NCBI GenBank assembly: GCA_035542555.1
Contig: DATKLF010000112.1
Span: 25,487-89,486, forward strand
Origin: Solirubrobacteraceae bacterium
GTDB lineage: Bacteria; Actinomycetota; Thermoleophilia; Solirubrobacterales; Solirubrobacteraceae
Length of the DNA: 64,000 nt
Reading direction: 5' to 3'
Numbering within the stretch: position 1 is the first letter of the stretch; every line of letters begins with the position of its first letter. This document shows, piece after piece, positions 27,912 through 38,600 of the stretch. A model generated the notes under the pieces. That model was not told where the DNA came from. It ran no database searches and was given only the letters and a program-made list of their open reading frames with translations. The position numbers and the translations under genes were made by a program.

Positions 27912-28735
27912 TGGTGAGCCCGGCCGGCGCCCCCGGCTGGACGGTCATGGGCGTCGTCAACGTGACGCCCGACTCGTTCTCCGACGGCGGGCGCTGGATC
28001 GAGCCGTCCGCCGCCGTCGCGCACGGACTGGAGCTCGCGGAGCAGGGCGCCGCGATCCTCGACATCGGCGGCGAGTCCACGCGCCCTGGGGCCGCGCCGG
28101 TCGGCGAGGCCGAGGAGCGGCGCCGCGTCCTGCCTGTGGTCGCCGGCCTGGCGGGCTGCGGGGCGCTCATCAGCGTCGACACGACGAAGGCGGGCGTCGC
28201 CCGGGCGGCGCTCGAGGCAGGCGCCGGCTACGTCAACGACGTCAGCGCGCTGCGCGGCGATCCCGACTTGGCCGGGGTCGTCGCCCAGGCCGGCTGCCCA
28301 TGCTGCCTCATGCACATGCAGGGGACGCCGCGCACGATGCAGGAGCACCCGCGCTACGACGACGTCGTCGATGAGGTCGCCGCGTTCCTCGAGGAGCGCG
28401 CCGCCTTCGCGATCGCGCAGGGGATCGCCGCCGCGCGCATCCAGGTCGACCCGGGCATCGGCTTCGGCAAGACGCTCGCGCACAACCTCGAGCTGCTGCG
28501 CCGCCTGAACGAGATCGCCGCACTGGGCTTCCCGGTCGTCATCGGCGTCTCGCGCAAGGCCTTCCTCGGGCACCTCACCGGGCGCGAGGATCCCGGCGAG
28601 CGTGTTGCCGCGACCGTCGCCGCCAACGTGCTCGCCTACGAGCGCGGCGCCGCCGTCTTCCGCGTCCACGACGTCGCTCCGACGGTCGATGCGCTGCGGG
28701 TGGCGAGTGCTACGTTGGGCGGCGATGACGCCTGA
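27911..28735 (+). CDS. folP: Dihydropteroate synthase
   Basis: VMGVVNVTPDSFSDGG and DIGGESTRPG. The start overlaps the upstream stop (TGATG). Confidence 0.9.
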   Translation: MVSPAGAPGWTVMGVVNVTPDSFSDGGRWIEPSAAVAHGLELAEQGAAILDIGGESTRPGAAPVGEAEERRRVLPVVAGLAGCGALISVDTTKAGVARAALEAGAGYVNDVSALRGDPDLAGVVAQAGCPCCLMHMQGTPRTMQEHPRYDDVVDEVAAFLEERAAFAIAQGIAAARIQVDPGIGFGKTLAHNLELLRRLNEIAALGFPVVIGVSRKAFLGHLTGREDPGERVAATVAANVLAYERGAAVFRVHDVAPTVDALRVASATLGGDDA

Positions 28736-29183
28736 CGAGCCGGCCGACCGCGACGAGGACTACGACGGGATCGAGGACGACGAGGACGAGTTCGACGACG
28801 AGGAGCTCGAGCGCACCGCGGTCACCGTCGAAGTGACCGGCCTGTCGCTGTACACGCACCATGGCGTCACGCCGGCAGAGCGCGAGATCGGCCAGCGCCT
28901 GATCCTCGACCTGCGCTTCGACGCGGGCGCCTGCGACGCGACCGTGACCGACCGCGTCGAGGACACCGTCGACTACGGGCGCGTCTGCGACGTCGTGGCG
29001 CTCGAGGCGCAGCGGCGCTCCTACAAGACGCTCGAGGCGCTCTGCGCGGCGATCGCCGATCGCCTGCTCGCCGACTTCGATACCGGTGAGGTCTGGGTCA
29101 AGGCGACCAAGCCCGAGCCGCCGATCGCGCTGCCCGTCGAGTCGGTGTCCGTCGAGGTCTGGCGGACCGCGACGAGCGACTGA
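28725..29183 (+). CDS. folB: Dihydroneopterin aldolase with a poly-acidic N-terminal extension
   Basis: GLSLYTHHGVTPAEREIGQRLILDL...TVDYGRV. N-terminal DRDEDYDGIEDDEDEFDDEE. Overlaps folP by 11 bp. Confidence 0.75.
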   Translation: MTPDEPADRDEDYDGIEDDEDEFDDEELERTAVTVEVTGLSLYTHHGVTPAEREIGQRLILDLRFDAGACDATVTDRVEDTVDYGRVCDVVALEAQRRSYKTLEALCAAIADRLLADFDTGEVWVKATKPEPPIALPVESVSVEVWRTATSD

Positions 29184-29185
29184 GG

Positions 29186-30007
29186 ATGCCGGAGACGGCG
29201 TTCGACCGCGCGACCGCGGTGGCGGCGCTCGGAGGCGGCGCCTGGCGGGCGCACAGCAGCCCCGAGTGGTCGGCGCCGCGCGGCCCGAACGGGGGATACC
29301 TGGCTGCCATCGTGGTGCGCGCGATGCAGGCCGAGCTGGCCGACCCGCAGCGTCCGGCGCGCTCGATCACGCTCCATTACCTGCGCCCGCCCGGGCCCGG
29401 CGAGCTGCGCGTCGATGTCGTCGTCGAGCGCACGGGACGGCGCCTGTCGACGCTGGGCGCGAGGGTTGTGCAGGACGGGCGTCTCTGCGTGATCGCGATC
29501 GGGGCCTTCTCGGGCGGCTACGAGCCGCTCGCCGAGTACAGCGCCGCGATGCCCGAGGTGCCGTCCTGGGAGGAGGTAGAGCCGCTGGACCCGCACCCGC
29601 AGGCACCGCCGATCGCCCACCGCGTCGAGCAGCGGCCCGTGATCGGGGCCCAGCCGTTCAGCGGCGCCGCGGAGGCGCTCAGCGGCGGCTGGATGCGCCT
29701 GCACGAGCCGCATCCGATGGACGCGCCCGCGCTGGCTCTGTATGCCGATGCGTGGCTGCCCTCGCTGTTCCCGCGGCTGCACGCGCCGATCGGAGCGCCG
29801 ACGATCGACCTGACGATCCACTTCCGCGCCCCCGCGGCGGCCGCGGCGGTCGACCCCGCCTCGCCGGTGCTCGGCGTCTTTCGATCGGAGTACGCCGCCG
29901 ACGGGCTGTTCGAGGAGGACGGTGAGCTCTGGGCCGCCGACGGGCGGCTGCTGGCCCACAGCCGCCAGCTCGCGCTGCTCGTCTCACCCGCGGGGGCGCG
30001 TTCGTGA
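29186..30007 (+). CDS. Acyl-CoA thioesterase II-like (double hotdog) protein
   Basis: GPNGGYLAAIVVRAM...ITLHYLRPPGPGEL...IDLTIHF pattern of TesB-like thioesterases. It lies between folB and folK. Confidence 0.5.
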   Translation: MPETAFDRATAVAALGGGAWRAHSSPEWSAPRGPNGGYLAAIVVRAMQAELADPQRPARSITLHYLRPPGPGELRVDVVVERTGRRLSTLGARVVQDGRLCVIAIGAFSGGYEPLAEYSAAMPEVPSWEEVEPLDPHPQAPPIAHRVEQRPVIGAQPFSGAAEALSGGWMRLHEPHPMDAPALALYADAWLPSLFPRLHAPIGAPTIDLTIHFRAPAAAAAVDPASPVLGVFRSEYAADGLFEEDGELWAADGRLLAHSRQLALLVSPAGARS

Positions 30008-30513
30008 TCGGCTACCTCGGGCTCGGCTCGAACGTCGGCGAGCGGCGGGCGAACCTGCAGGCTGCGGTCGATGCGCTGCCGGCGCACGGCGTGACCGTGC
30101 TCGCGTCCTCGTCGACGTACGACACCGACCCGGTCGGCCCGGTGCGCGACCAGCCGGACTTCCTCAACGCGTGCGTGCGGATCGACACCGAGCTCGGCCC
30201 GGAGGACCTGCTCGACGCCTGCAAGGCGGTCGAGCGCGAGCTGGGCCGCGACCTGGAGGGCGGGGTGCCGAAGGGCCCGCGGCCGATCGACGTCGACCTG
30301 CTGCTGCTCGGTGCGACCGAGCACCGCAGCGCGCGACTGACGCTCCCGCACGAGCAGGTGACGGCGCGGCGCTTCGTGATGATCCCGCTGCTGGAGCTCG
30401 ACTTCGACCTGCGCACGCCCGACGGCACGCGGCTGTCGGACGTGCTCGCCGCGCTGCCGCTCGACGAGGGCGTGCGGCGAGCGGGCCCGCCGCTCGAGCT
30501 AGGCGGCGGCTGA
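30004..30513 (+). CDS. folK: 2-amino-4-hydroxy-6-hydroxymethyldihydropteridine diphosphokinase
   Basis: YLGLGSNVG, DQPDFLNACV, GPRPIDVDLLL, LTLPHEQVTARRFV. The GTG start overlaps the upstream stop. Confidence 0.85.
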   Translation: MIGYLGLGSNVGERRANLQAAVDALPAHGVTVLASSSTYDTDPVGPVRDQPDFLNACVRIDTELGPEDLLDACKAVERELGRDLEGGVPKGPRPIDVDLLLLGATEHRSARLTLPHEQVTARRFVMIPLLELDFDLRTPDGTRLSDVLAALPLDEGVRRAGPPLELGGG

Positions 30514-31257
30514 GGCGGCGGGGGCCGCCGGGAGCAGGTCGGCCGGGATCATCCCGGTCGGGACGTCGCCCGGGAACGTCGGGAACAGGCGCATCGCCAG
30601 CTCCCCGGCCGGCCGGGGAGCGATCAGCGGGCGCACGTCGCCGAGCGTCATCAGCAGGCGCAGGCTCGAGGCGATCTGCAGGTCGGCGGCGTTCGGCTGC
30701 TCGCCGCCGAGCGTGCCATCCGCGATCCACGCGTCGACGCGGTCCAGCAGCTCGGGCAGCCGCCGCAGGTCCTGCGGGTAGGTCGCCTCCGAGGCCTGGT
30801 TGGCGCGCAGCTCGATCCCCGTCACGAGCGGCGCCATCGCCTTCAGCACCGGCAGCGGCATCGCCGGCAGCTTGGAGCCCTCCGAGTAGGTCGCCATCGC
30901 TTCGGGGTGGGCGCGGAAGGTCGGCCACAGCACGCGGCGCACGAGCGCCTGCAGCACCTCGTCGCCCCACGCCTCGGCTTCCTCCACGCGCGCGCGGGCG
31001 GCCGGGTCGGCCGGCAGCAGCGCGGGCTCGGGCTGCAGCTGGTCGAGCCGGCGCAGGATCGCGCGCGAGCCGGAGATCTTCTCGCCGTCGATGCTCATCG
31101 CCGGGACGGTCCGCTGACCGAAGCGCAGCTTCATCGCGGCCATGTGCATCGGCGGGGGGAGCTCCACGAGCTTGTACGGGATCCCCTTGAGCTCGAGCGC
31201 ACGCTGAACGGTGGCGCACGGGTGCGAGCCGTGGACGACGTAGAGCTTGACGGTCAT
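30499..31257 (-). CDS. Glutathione S-transferase / glutaredoxin-fold family protein
   Basis: KLYVVHGSHPCATVQRALELKGIPYKLVEL...TVPAMSIDGEKISGSRAILRRL (GST N-terminal thioredoxin fold). Confidence 0.55.
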   Translation of the reverse strand: MTVKLYVVHGSHPCATVQRALELKGIPYKLVELPPPMHMAAMKLRFGQRTVPAMSIDGEKISGSRAILRRLDQLQPEPALLPADPAARARVEEAEAWGDEVLQALVRRVLWPTFRAHPEAMATYSEGSKLPAMPLPVLKAMAPLVTGIELRANQASEATYPQDLRRLPELLDRVDAWIADGTLGGEQPNAADLQIASSLRLLMTLGDVRPLIAPRPAGELAMRLFPTFPGDVPTGMIPADLLPAAPAASAAA

Positions 31258-31317
31258 GGGCGGATCCTACGGCGCGGCGGCGCCGGTAGGTCCGACGCCC
31301 CGCGTAGCGTGTTGGCC

Positions 31318-31758
31318 GTGAGTACGCCAGCGTCGATCCCGACTGCGCGCGACGGCTTCTTCAGCAGCCTCTTCGACCTCTCCTTCAGCCGGCTGGTCGC
31401 CACACGGGTGATCAAGTTCCTCTACGTCCTGCTGCTCGTCCTGATCGGGCTCGGGCTGCTGGCGTTCATCGTCGCCGCGATCGCCGGCGGAAGCGCCGCA
31501 GGGATCATCGCGGCGCTGATCCTCGGGCCGCTGGTCGCGCTCCTGTACGTCGTCTATGCGCGCGTCTTCCTGGAGATCATCCTCGCCATCTTCCGGATCC
31601 TCGAGACGAACCGCGAGATCGCGTTCCTCCAGCGCCAGCAGCTCGCGCTCATGCAGCAGGGCGGCGGGGGCAGCACGCCGCCGGCGTACCCGCAGCCGAC
31701 GCCGGTGGCGCCCGCGCAGCAGCTGCCCCGCCAGCCGCCGCAGCCGCCTGCGGCGTAG
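31318..31758 (+). CDS. DUF4282-like membrane protein with a Pro/Gln-rich tail
   Basis: FFSSLFDLSFSRLVATRVIKFLYVLLLV. The GTG at 31318 is 8 nt after TAGCGT. Confidence 0.45.
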   Translation: MSTPASIPTARDGFFSSLFDLSFSRLVATRVIKFLYVLLLVLIGLGLLAFIVAAIAGGSAAGIIAALILGPLVALLYVVYARVFLEIILAIFRILETNREIAFLQRQQLALMQQGGGGSTPPAYPQPTPVAPAQQLPRQPPQPPAA

Positions 31759-31770
31759 GCTGCGGCCGGC

Positions 31771-32535
31771 ATGCTGCTGGTCGTCGACGTCGGGAACACG
31801 CAGACCCACTTCGGGACGTTCAGCGGCGACCGGCTGGTTGAGCACTGGCGCTTCGCCACGGTGCGCACGTCGACCTCCGACGAGCTCGGCGCGGCGCTGC
31901 GCAACCTGCTCGAGCTGCGCGGCGTCGGGCTCGCCGACCTCAGCGCCTCGATCGTCTCGTCGACCGTGCCCCAGCTCGAGCCCGAGTGGCTGGCGATGGC
32001 CGAGCACTACCTGGGGCACCGCATGCTGTCCGTCGGCCCGGGGCTGCGCACGAGCATGGCGATCCGCATCGACAACCCGCGCGAGCTCGGCGCCGACCGC
32101 CTCGTCAACGCGGTCGCGGCCTACGAGCAGCTCGGCGGCCCGTGCGTCTCCGTCGACTTCGGCACCGCGCTGAACTACGACGTCGTCTCGGCCGACGGCG
32201 AGTATCTCGGCGGCGTCATCGCGCCCGGCGTCGAGATCTCGCTCGACGCGCTGACCGCCCGCGGGGCGAAGCTGCCGCGGGTCGACCTCGTGCCGCCGCG
32301 CGCGGCCATCGGCAAGGGCACGAGCGAGGCGATCCGCGCAGGGATCGTCTTCGGCTTCGCCGCCCAGGTCGACGGGATCGTGGCGCGCATCTCGGACGAG
32401 CTCGGCGCCGAGCCGGCGACGATCGCGACCGGCGGGCTGGCGCAGCACATCGTCCCGCACACCGAGAGCATCGACGAGATCGACGACTTGCTGACGCTCA
32501 AGGGGCTGAAGCTCCTCTACGAGCGCAACACCTGA
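31771..32535 (+). CDS. coaX: Type III pantothenate kinase
   Basis: MLLVVDVGNTQTHFG, GADRLVNA, SVDFGTALNYD. Confidence 0.85.
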   Translation: MLLVVDVGNTQTHFGTFSGDRLVEHWRFATVRTSTSDELGAALRNLLELRGVGLADLSASIVSSTVPQLEPEWLAMAEHYLGHRMLSVGPGLRTSMAIRIDNPRELGADRLVNAVAAYEQLGGPCVSVDFGTALNYDVVSADGEYLGGVIAPGVEISLDALTARGAKLPRVDLVPPRAAIGKGTSEAIRAGIVFGFAAQVDGIVARISDELGAEPATIATGGLAQHIVPHTESIDEIDDLLTLKGLKLLYERNT

Positions 32536-32556
32536 GGCCACGGATACCCTGGGTCC

Positions 32557-33555
32557 GTGCCGCAGCCCGCGCTCACCGACCCGCTGGAGATCGGCGCCGT
32601 CGCCGTCCCCAACCGCGTCGCGCTCGCGCCGCTGGCCGGGATCGGCAACTGGTTCGTGCGCCTGCAGGCCAAGCGCCATGGGGCCGGACTCGCGTTCAGC
32701 GAGATGGTCTCGAGCTTCGCGGTGCACCACCGCAACGAGAAGACGATGAGCGAGCTGCTGCGCATCGATCCCGAGGAGCGCGACGGCGGGCCGGTCGCGG
32801 TGCAGCTGTTCGGCCAGGATCCCGAGGTCATGCGCTCGGCCGCCGCGACCGTCGCCGAGCTCGGCGCCGACCTCATCGACCTCAACATGGGCTGCCCGGT
32901 GCCGAAGGTCTGCCGGACCGGTGCCGGCGCAGCGCTGCTCGCCGATCCCGATCGCGCGGTCGCCATCGCTCGTGCAGCGCGCGAAGGCTCCGGCCTGCCC
33001 GTGACCGTGAAGCTGCGCTCCGGCCGGCGCGCCGGGCAGGACGACGGCTGCGCGCTCGCCCAGCGGCTGGTCGACGAGGCGGGGGTCAGCGCGATCGGCT
33101 TCCACCCGCGCTCGGCGCAGGTCCACCACAAGGGCACGCCGGACTACGAGCTCGCGGCACGCCTGGTCGAGCGCCTGCCGGTGCCGGTGATCCTCTCCGG
33201 GGGGCTGCGCACGCCGCAAGCGGTGCGCGCCGCCTACGCGCAGACCGGCGCCGCCGCGGTAATGCTCGCGCGCGGGACGCTCGGCAATCCCTGGCTCTTC
33301 GACGAGGTCCTCGGCACGCGCGAGGGCGGCCCGGCGGCGTGGGAGATCCTCGACGAGCTCGACTGGGTGATCGACCGCGCCGCCGAGCATCTGGGCCCCG
33401 TGCGCGCGGCCCGCTACCTGCGCAAGTTCTACCCGTGGTACCTGGAGCGCCTGCACGCCTGTAGGCAGGTGCAGGCTGCCTTCCAGCAGACCATGTCGCT
33501 CGACGAGGCGCGGGCGCTGATGGACGGTCTGCGGGCCGTGCCGGCGGCCGCCTGA
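32557..33555 (+). CDS. dus: tRNA-dihydrouridine synthase
   Basis: LAPLAGIGNWFVRL, IDLNMGCPVPKV, VTVKLRSG. Confidence 0.8.
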   Translation: MPQPALTDPLEIGAVAVPNRVALAPLAGIGNWFVRLQAKRHGAGLAFSEMVSSFAVHHRNEKTMSELLRIDPEERDGGPVAVQLFGQDPEVMRSAAATVAELGADLIDLNMGCPVPKVCRTGAGAALLADPDRAVAIARAAREGSGLPVTVKLRSGRRAGQDDGCALAQRLVDEAGVSAIGFHPRSAQVHHKGTPDYELAARLVERLPVPVILSGGLRTPQAVRAAYAQTGAAAVMLARGTLGNPWLFDEVLGTREGGPAAWEILDELDWVIDRAAEHLGPVRAARYLRKFYPWYLERLHACRQVQAAFQQTMSLDEARALMDGLRAVPAAA

Positions 33556-33628
33556 CGGGCGCTATACTGCGCCGCTCGCGCCGGCCGGATCGCCGGCGTT
33601 TCGGCCCTCTTCGCTCCCCTCAGCCGCC

Positions 33629-34111
33629 ATGCCCAAGGACGTCATCCTCACCGCCGAAGGCCTCGAGAAGCTCCAGGAGGAGCTCGAGACGCTGACCACC
33701 GAGCGCCGCCGCGAGGTCGCCACGCGCATCAAGGAGGCGCGTGAGTTCGGCGACATCGCCGAGAACTCCGAATACGACGACGCCAAGAACGAGCAGGCGA
33801 TGGTCGAGGCGCGGATCGCCGTGCTCGAGGAGAAGATCCGCTCGGCCCAGGTGATCGACGCGAAGGACCTGTCCACCGACACCGTGCAGATCGGGTCGGT
33901 CGTGCACGTCAAGGACGAGAAGACCGGCAAGTCGCAGAAGTTCACGATCGTCGGGTCGGCCGAGGCGAACCCCGCGGAGTCCAAGCTCTCGAACGAGTCG
34001 CCGGTGGGGCGTGCACTCCTCGGGCACAAGCGCAACGACATCGTCTCCGTGCAGGTCCCGCGCGGCCCGGCGCGCAAGCTGAAGATCACGAAGATCGACG
34101 TCGGCGTCTGA
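33629..34111 (+). CDS. greA: Transcription elongation factor GreA
   Basis: LTAEGLEKLQEELETL...AREFGDIAENSEYDDAKNEQ. Confidence 0.9.
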   Translation: MPKDVILTAEGLEKLQEELETLTTERRREVATRIKEAREFGDIAENSEYDDAKNEQAMVEARIAVLEEKIRSAQVIDAKDLSTDTVQIGSVVHVKDEKTGKSQKFTIVGSAEANPAESKLSNESPVGRALLGHKRNDIVSVQVPRGPARKLKITKIDVGV

Positions 34112-34124
34112 CGCCGCCGCGCCG

Positions 34125-35645
34125 GTGCGCCGGGTGCGCGATGATGGCGCGTCCGTGACCGACGAGCGCGACACCGACCAGCCGGCCGCCCCCGAGCACC
34201 TCTCGCAGGTGCTCGCCGACCGCCGCGCGAAGCTCGAGCGCCTGCGGGCGCACGGGGTCGACCCGTTCCCGCACAACTACCAGGGCGTCGTGCCGATCGC
34301 CGAGGTCGTCGCGCCCTGGGATGACCTGGGCGACGGCGAGGAGACGGACAGCGCCTACCGCGTCGCCGGGCGCATCGCGGCGCGCCGCGGACAGGGGAAG
34401 ATGGCCTTCCTGGACCTCGTCGACCGCTCCGGGCGCATCCAGCTGCAGGCACGCGCCGACGTGCTCGGCCCCGAGCGCATGGCCCGGCTCGTCGACCTGG
34501 ACCTCGGCGACATCATCGGTGTCGACGGCACGATCTTCCGCTCGCGCCGCGGCGAGCTGACGCTGCGCGTCGACCGCTTCGAGCTGCTGGCGAAGAGCCT
34601 GCGCCCGCCGCCGGACAAGCACCACGGCCTGCACGACGTCGAGACGCGCCACCGCCGGCGCGAGCTCGACCTGATCGCCAACGCCGAGACCCGCGAGGTC
34701 TTCCAGATCCGCTCGCGCGTCATCTCGACGGTCCGTCGCGAGCTCGACGACGCCGGGTTCGTCGAAGTCGAGACGCCCGTCCTGCAGCCGCTCTACGGCG
34801 GCGCGCTCGCGCGGCCGTTCGTCACCCACCACAACGCGCTGCACCGTGACCTGTACCTGCGGATCGCGACCGAGCTCTACCTCAAGCGCTGCATCGTCGG
34901 GGGCCTTGAGCGCGTCTACGAGCTGGGCAAGGACTTCCGCAACGAGGGGATCTCCTTCAAGCACAACCCCGAGTTCACGATGGTCGAGTGGTACGAGGCC
35001 TACTCCGACTACATCGACCAGATGGTGCGCGTCGAGACGCTCGTGAGCGCGGTCGCCGACGCCTGCGGCTACGACGGCGAGATCGACTTCCGCCCGCCGT
35101 GGCGGCGCGTCACGCTCGGCGAGGCGATCGCCGAGCGCACGGGCATCGACGTGATCGAGCACCGCGACCGCGAGTCGCTGGCAAGGGCGATCGAGGCGGC
35201 CCGCCTGGACGGGTACGAGCTCGCTGACCGCACCTGGCCCCAGCTCGTCGACGACCTGCTGAGCAAGGAGGTCGAGCCGCACCTCCTCGATCCCGTGTTC
35301 CTCACCGACTACCCGAAGGAGCTCTCGCCCTTCGCCAAGGACCACCGGTCGAGACCGGGCCTGGTGGAGCGCTTCGAGGCGTTCTGCGCGGGGATGGAGA
35401 TCGCGAACGCGTTCACCGAGCTCAACGACCCCGACGAGCAGCGCCTGCGCTTCGAGGCGCAGGTGCGCCTCGCCGGGCTGGGCGACGAGGAGGCCCAGCC
35501 CTACGACGAGCTGTTCGTCGAGGCGCTCGAGCAGGGCATGCCGCCGACCGGTGGGGTGGGGCTGGGCATCGACCGGCTCGTGATGATCATGACCGGGCGC
35601 CGCTCGATCCGCGAGGTCGTGCTCTTCCCGGCGATGCGCGACTGA
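34125..35645 (+). CDS. lysS: Lysine--tRNA ligase (class II)
   Basis: [23 protein letters not shown] and [11 protein letters not shown]. Start uncertain: in-frame GTGs at 34125, 34134 and 34155. Confidence 0.9.
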   Translation: MRRVRDDGASVTDERDTDQPAAPEHLSQVLADRRAKLERLRAHGVDPFPHNYQGVVPIAEVVAPWDDLGDGEETDSAYRVAGRIAARRGQGKMAFLDLVDRSGRIQLQARADVLGPERMARLVDLDLGDIIGVDGTIFRSRRGELTLRVDRFELLAKSLRPPPDKHHGLHDVETRHRRRELDLIANAETREVFQIRSRVISTVRRELDDAGFVEVETPVLQPLYGGALARPFVTHHNALHRDLYLRIATELYLKRCIVGGLERVYELGKDFRNEGISFKHNPEFTMVEWYEAYSDYIDQMVRVETLVSAVADACGYDGEIDFRPPWRRVTLGEAIAERTGIDVIEHRDRESLARAIEAARLDGYELADRTWPQLVDDLLSKEVEPHLLDPVFLTDYPKELSPFAKDHRSRPGLVERFEAFCAGMEIANAFTELNDPDEQRLRFEAQVRLAGLGDEEAQPYDELFVEALEQGMPPTGGVGLGIDRLVMIMTGRRSIREVVLFPAMRD

Positions 35646-35662
35646 GCGTTATGGTCGCCTGA

Positions 35663-38600
35663 GTGGGCGACATGACGTGCGCTGGCTGCGGGGAACAGGC
35701 CCCCGACGGGGCGAGGTTCTGCCCGGCCTGCGGCGCGCCGCTGGCCCCGGCGCCGAGCGGGGAGCGGCGCCTGGCCACGATCCTCTTCGCCGACCTCGTC
35801 GGGTCGACGGCGCTCACCGTCGGGCTCGACCCCGAGGATGCCCGCGCCCTGCTGGAGCGCTACTACGACGTGGCGCGCGCGGTGCTCGAAGAGCACGGCG
35901 GGACGCTCGAGAAGTTCGTCGGCGACGCGGTGCTCGCCGCGTTCGGCGTGCCGCGCAGCCACGGCGACGACCCGGACCGGGCCGTTCGCGCGGGGCTCGA
36001 GCTCGCCGAGCGCGTGGCGGCGCTGGGGCCGCAGTACGCGGTCCGCGTCGGCATCGCGACCGGGGAGGTGCTGGTCGCCGCGCCCGGCGGCGACCTCGAC
36101 CTGACCGGGGAGGCGGTCAACGCGGCGGCGCGGATCGAGCAGGCGGCGCAGCGCTCGCAGGTGCTCGTCGACGAGCGCACCGCGCGCGCCTGTCAGGTCG
36201 CGGAGCTGCGGACCGCCTCGCCGATCGACGCCAAGGGCTTCGTTGAGCCGCTCGCCGTGCATGAGGCCGTGGCGGCGCGGCGCGGCGCCCGCGCGCTGCT
36301 CGACACGCCGCTGATCGGGCGCGACGATGACCTCGTGCTCGTCGAGCTGCTGGTGCGGCGCGCGTCCAGCGGGCGCGTGCCGGCGCTCATCACCGTGGTG
36401 GGAGAGGCCGGCCTCGGGAAGACGCGCCTGCTGCGCGAGGCGCTTGCCCGGCTGCGTGCGGGCGAGACGACGCCGATGGTCCTCAGCGGGCGCAGCCCCT
36501 CGTATGGGCGCGGCGTCGCGTTCTGGGCCGTGGGCGAGGTGCTGCGCGAGGTCGCGGGCGCCGCCCCCGACGCCGCCCCGGACGTCGTGCTCGGCGCGCT
36601 GCGAACGCGTCTCGCGGGGCTCGGCGCCGACGACGCGGGCGACCTGGCCGCCGATCTCGTGGTGGCCGTCGGCGCCGCCGAGGATGCCGCGGGCCCGGTC
36701 GTCGAGCGGCTGCGCCGCGCCTGGCGGCGGATGCTCGGGCTGCTCGCGACCTGCGGACCGGTCATCCTCGCCTTGGACGACGTTCACTGGGCTGACGACG
36801 GGACGCTGGACCTCATCGAGGACGCGATGGTGGGGGTCGGCGACCTGCCGCTCGCAATCCTGTGCACGGCCCGGCCCGAGCTGCTCGAGCGCCGGCCGGC
36901 GTGGGCCGGCGGGCTGCGCGGCTCGGGCGCCGTGCACCTCGCGCCGCTGGCCGGGCCGCAGGCGCGGGAGCTCGCCGCCGTGCTGCTGCGCGACACCGGC
37001 GTCGCGAGCGACACGGGCGTCGCGGAGCGCATCGCGGCCCTCGCGGCCGGCAACCCGTTCTTCACCGAGGAGCTCGCCTGCAACCCGGAGCTGCTCGCCG
37101 GTGACGGCGGGGCGCTTCCGGACAGCGTCCAGGGTGCGGTCATCGCCCGCCTCGACCAGCTGGCCGCCGGCGAGCGGCGGACCCTGCAGGCAGCGGCCGT
37201 GCTCGGCGTGCGGTTCTCCGCCGACGCGGTCGCCGCGCTGACCGGCGCCGACCCTGGCAGTGAGCTGGACGGCCTGGCGCGCAGCGCCGTGATCGTCGCC
37301 GAGCCGCAGGAGGGAGCCGGTCTCCACGCCTTCCGCCACCAGATCCTGCGCGACGTCGCCTACGGGACGCTGCCGCGGCCGGCGCGCGCCGATCTGCACG
37401 AGCGCGCCGCGTCGTGGACCACCGAGCACGCCGGCGAGCGGCTCCCGGAGCTCTCCGAGATCATCGCCTACCACCGCGAGCGCGCAGCTGAGCTGACCGG
37501 CGACGAGGAACGCCGCCGGCTGGCCGCACAGGAGCTGCTCGGCGCGGCATGGAACGCCGCGCTGCGCGGCGCGGTCGGTCAGGCGGACGCCCTGTTCGAC
37601 CGCTCTGCTGCGATCGCACCGGAGGTGGGGCTGGCGGTCCGCGCGCACCGGGAGGCCGCCGAGGTCGCCCTCTGGGCGGGCATGCGCGGCGACCTGGCAC
37701 TCGACCACGAGCGCCGGGCAGCGGAGCTCGCGCGTGCCGCCGGCGAGCCGCGGCTCGAGGCGACCGCGCTGGCCGCGATGGTCGAACTGCACCGCCGCTA
37801 CTCGGGCATCGTCGGACCGGCGGCGGACGCAAAGGAGGCGGCAGCCCTCCTTGCGCGCGCAACCGAGCTCGCCGGCGGCGCGGACGCCGTGGTGCTCGCA
37901 CGCGTGGCGGTCGCAGAGGCATGGGTCGCCACGGACGTCGCGTACGATCGCGGGCATGCCGGTGAGCCGGGGGCCGACGTCGCCATTCCGGCCGCGGAGC
38001 GCGCCTGCGAGCTGGCGCAGGCGGCGGACGACCCCGTGCTCCTGTCGAGCGCGCTCGACGCGCTGGCAGCCGCGCAGCAGGCGGCCGGGTGGCCGCAGAG
38101 AGCCGCAGCGGCGACGCTCCGGCGCAGGGCGCTCGCCCCACGGCTCAGGGCGCCGGGCGCACCGGGCGCCGAGCGGTTCGACGCCCTGAACATGATCGCC
38201 GAGGCGCTGGAGTCCGTCGGCGACTTCGGCGAGGCGCTCGCGGCCGCCCGGGATGCGCGCGCGGCGGCGCTCGAACGCGGTCTCGACCACTCGGCCTACA
38301 CGCGGCTCGCCGGGCCGCTGTTCGAGCTCGGCGGCTGGGATGAGCTCGTCGAGGAGGTGGCGCGCTTCCGGGCGGGCTGGGAGGCAGCTGAGCGGCCACC
38401 CGCAGGGTTCGCGCGCACCTCGCTGGCGATCGCGATCGCCGTGCCGGCGCTGCGCGGCGATGAGCGCACCCTCGCGGAGTGGTCGGCCGCGTGGGATCAG
38501 CTCCAGGAGGGCGGGCGCCGGGAGGGGCAGAGCGTCGCCTGGCCCGGGAACGCGGCGCTGGTGGTCAGCCGCGCCCGCGTCGCGCTCCAGCAGGGTCGCC

